A stretch of DNA of 64,000 nucleotides, from assembly GCA_963785305.1 (NCBI GenBank), contig CAWAUV010000007.1, positions 480,001 to 544,000 on the forward strand. Reading direction: 5' to 3'. The position numbers and the translations under genes were made by a program. The stretch comes from an uncultured Planctomycetaceae bacterium. GTDB lineage: Bacteria > Planctomycetota > Planctomycetia > Pirellulales > PALSA-1355. The notes below the pieces were generated by a model. It did not search any database and was not told the origin of the DNA. It saw only the letters and a program-made list of their open reading frames with translations. Every line of letters begins with the position of its first letter. The first letter of the stretch is position 1. Positions 63,965 through 64,000 of this stretch are shown in pieces.

Positions 63965-64000
63965 GCTCGGTGCTGTAGTTGGTCGCTTCTTGCGTAATCG

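Overview
This is a GC-rich bacterial chromosome segment whose gene content points to a planctomycete (inference). The signs are a LEPR-XLL/dockerin surface protein, split coaC/coaB, a Minf_1886-type protein and planctomycete-style REP palindromes. It holds lysS, efflux systems, two hsp20 genes behind a sigma-54 promoter, a FabZ-ACP-FabZ-FabF cluster, a full chemotaxis operon, fdhA, a sugar ABC transporter, an ECF sigma module and the tpiA-secG-yicC-gmk-rpoZ-coaC-coaB core. Many genes, including essential ones, are frameshifted, which is most likely sequencing indel error. The best candidate for a novel system is an accessory island at about 26.7-32.2 kb. Its first gene is a glycosyltransferase with motif-level resemblance to eukaryotic polypeptide GalNAc-transferases (GT27), fused to a Ser/Pro mucin-like linker and Ig-like or unknown beta domains. 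A putative exported partner and two more glycosyltransferases follow. An 87%-identical copy of part of cheX sits at the island's left edge. No tRNA, rRNA, CRISPR array or transposase was recognised. All family calls are from motif recognition, not database searches.
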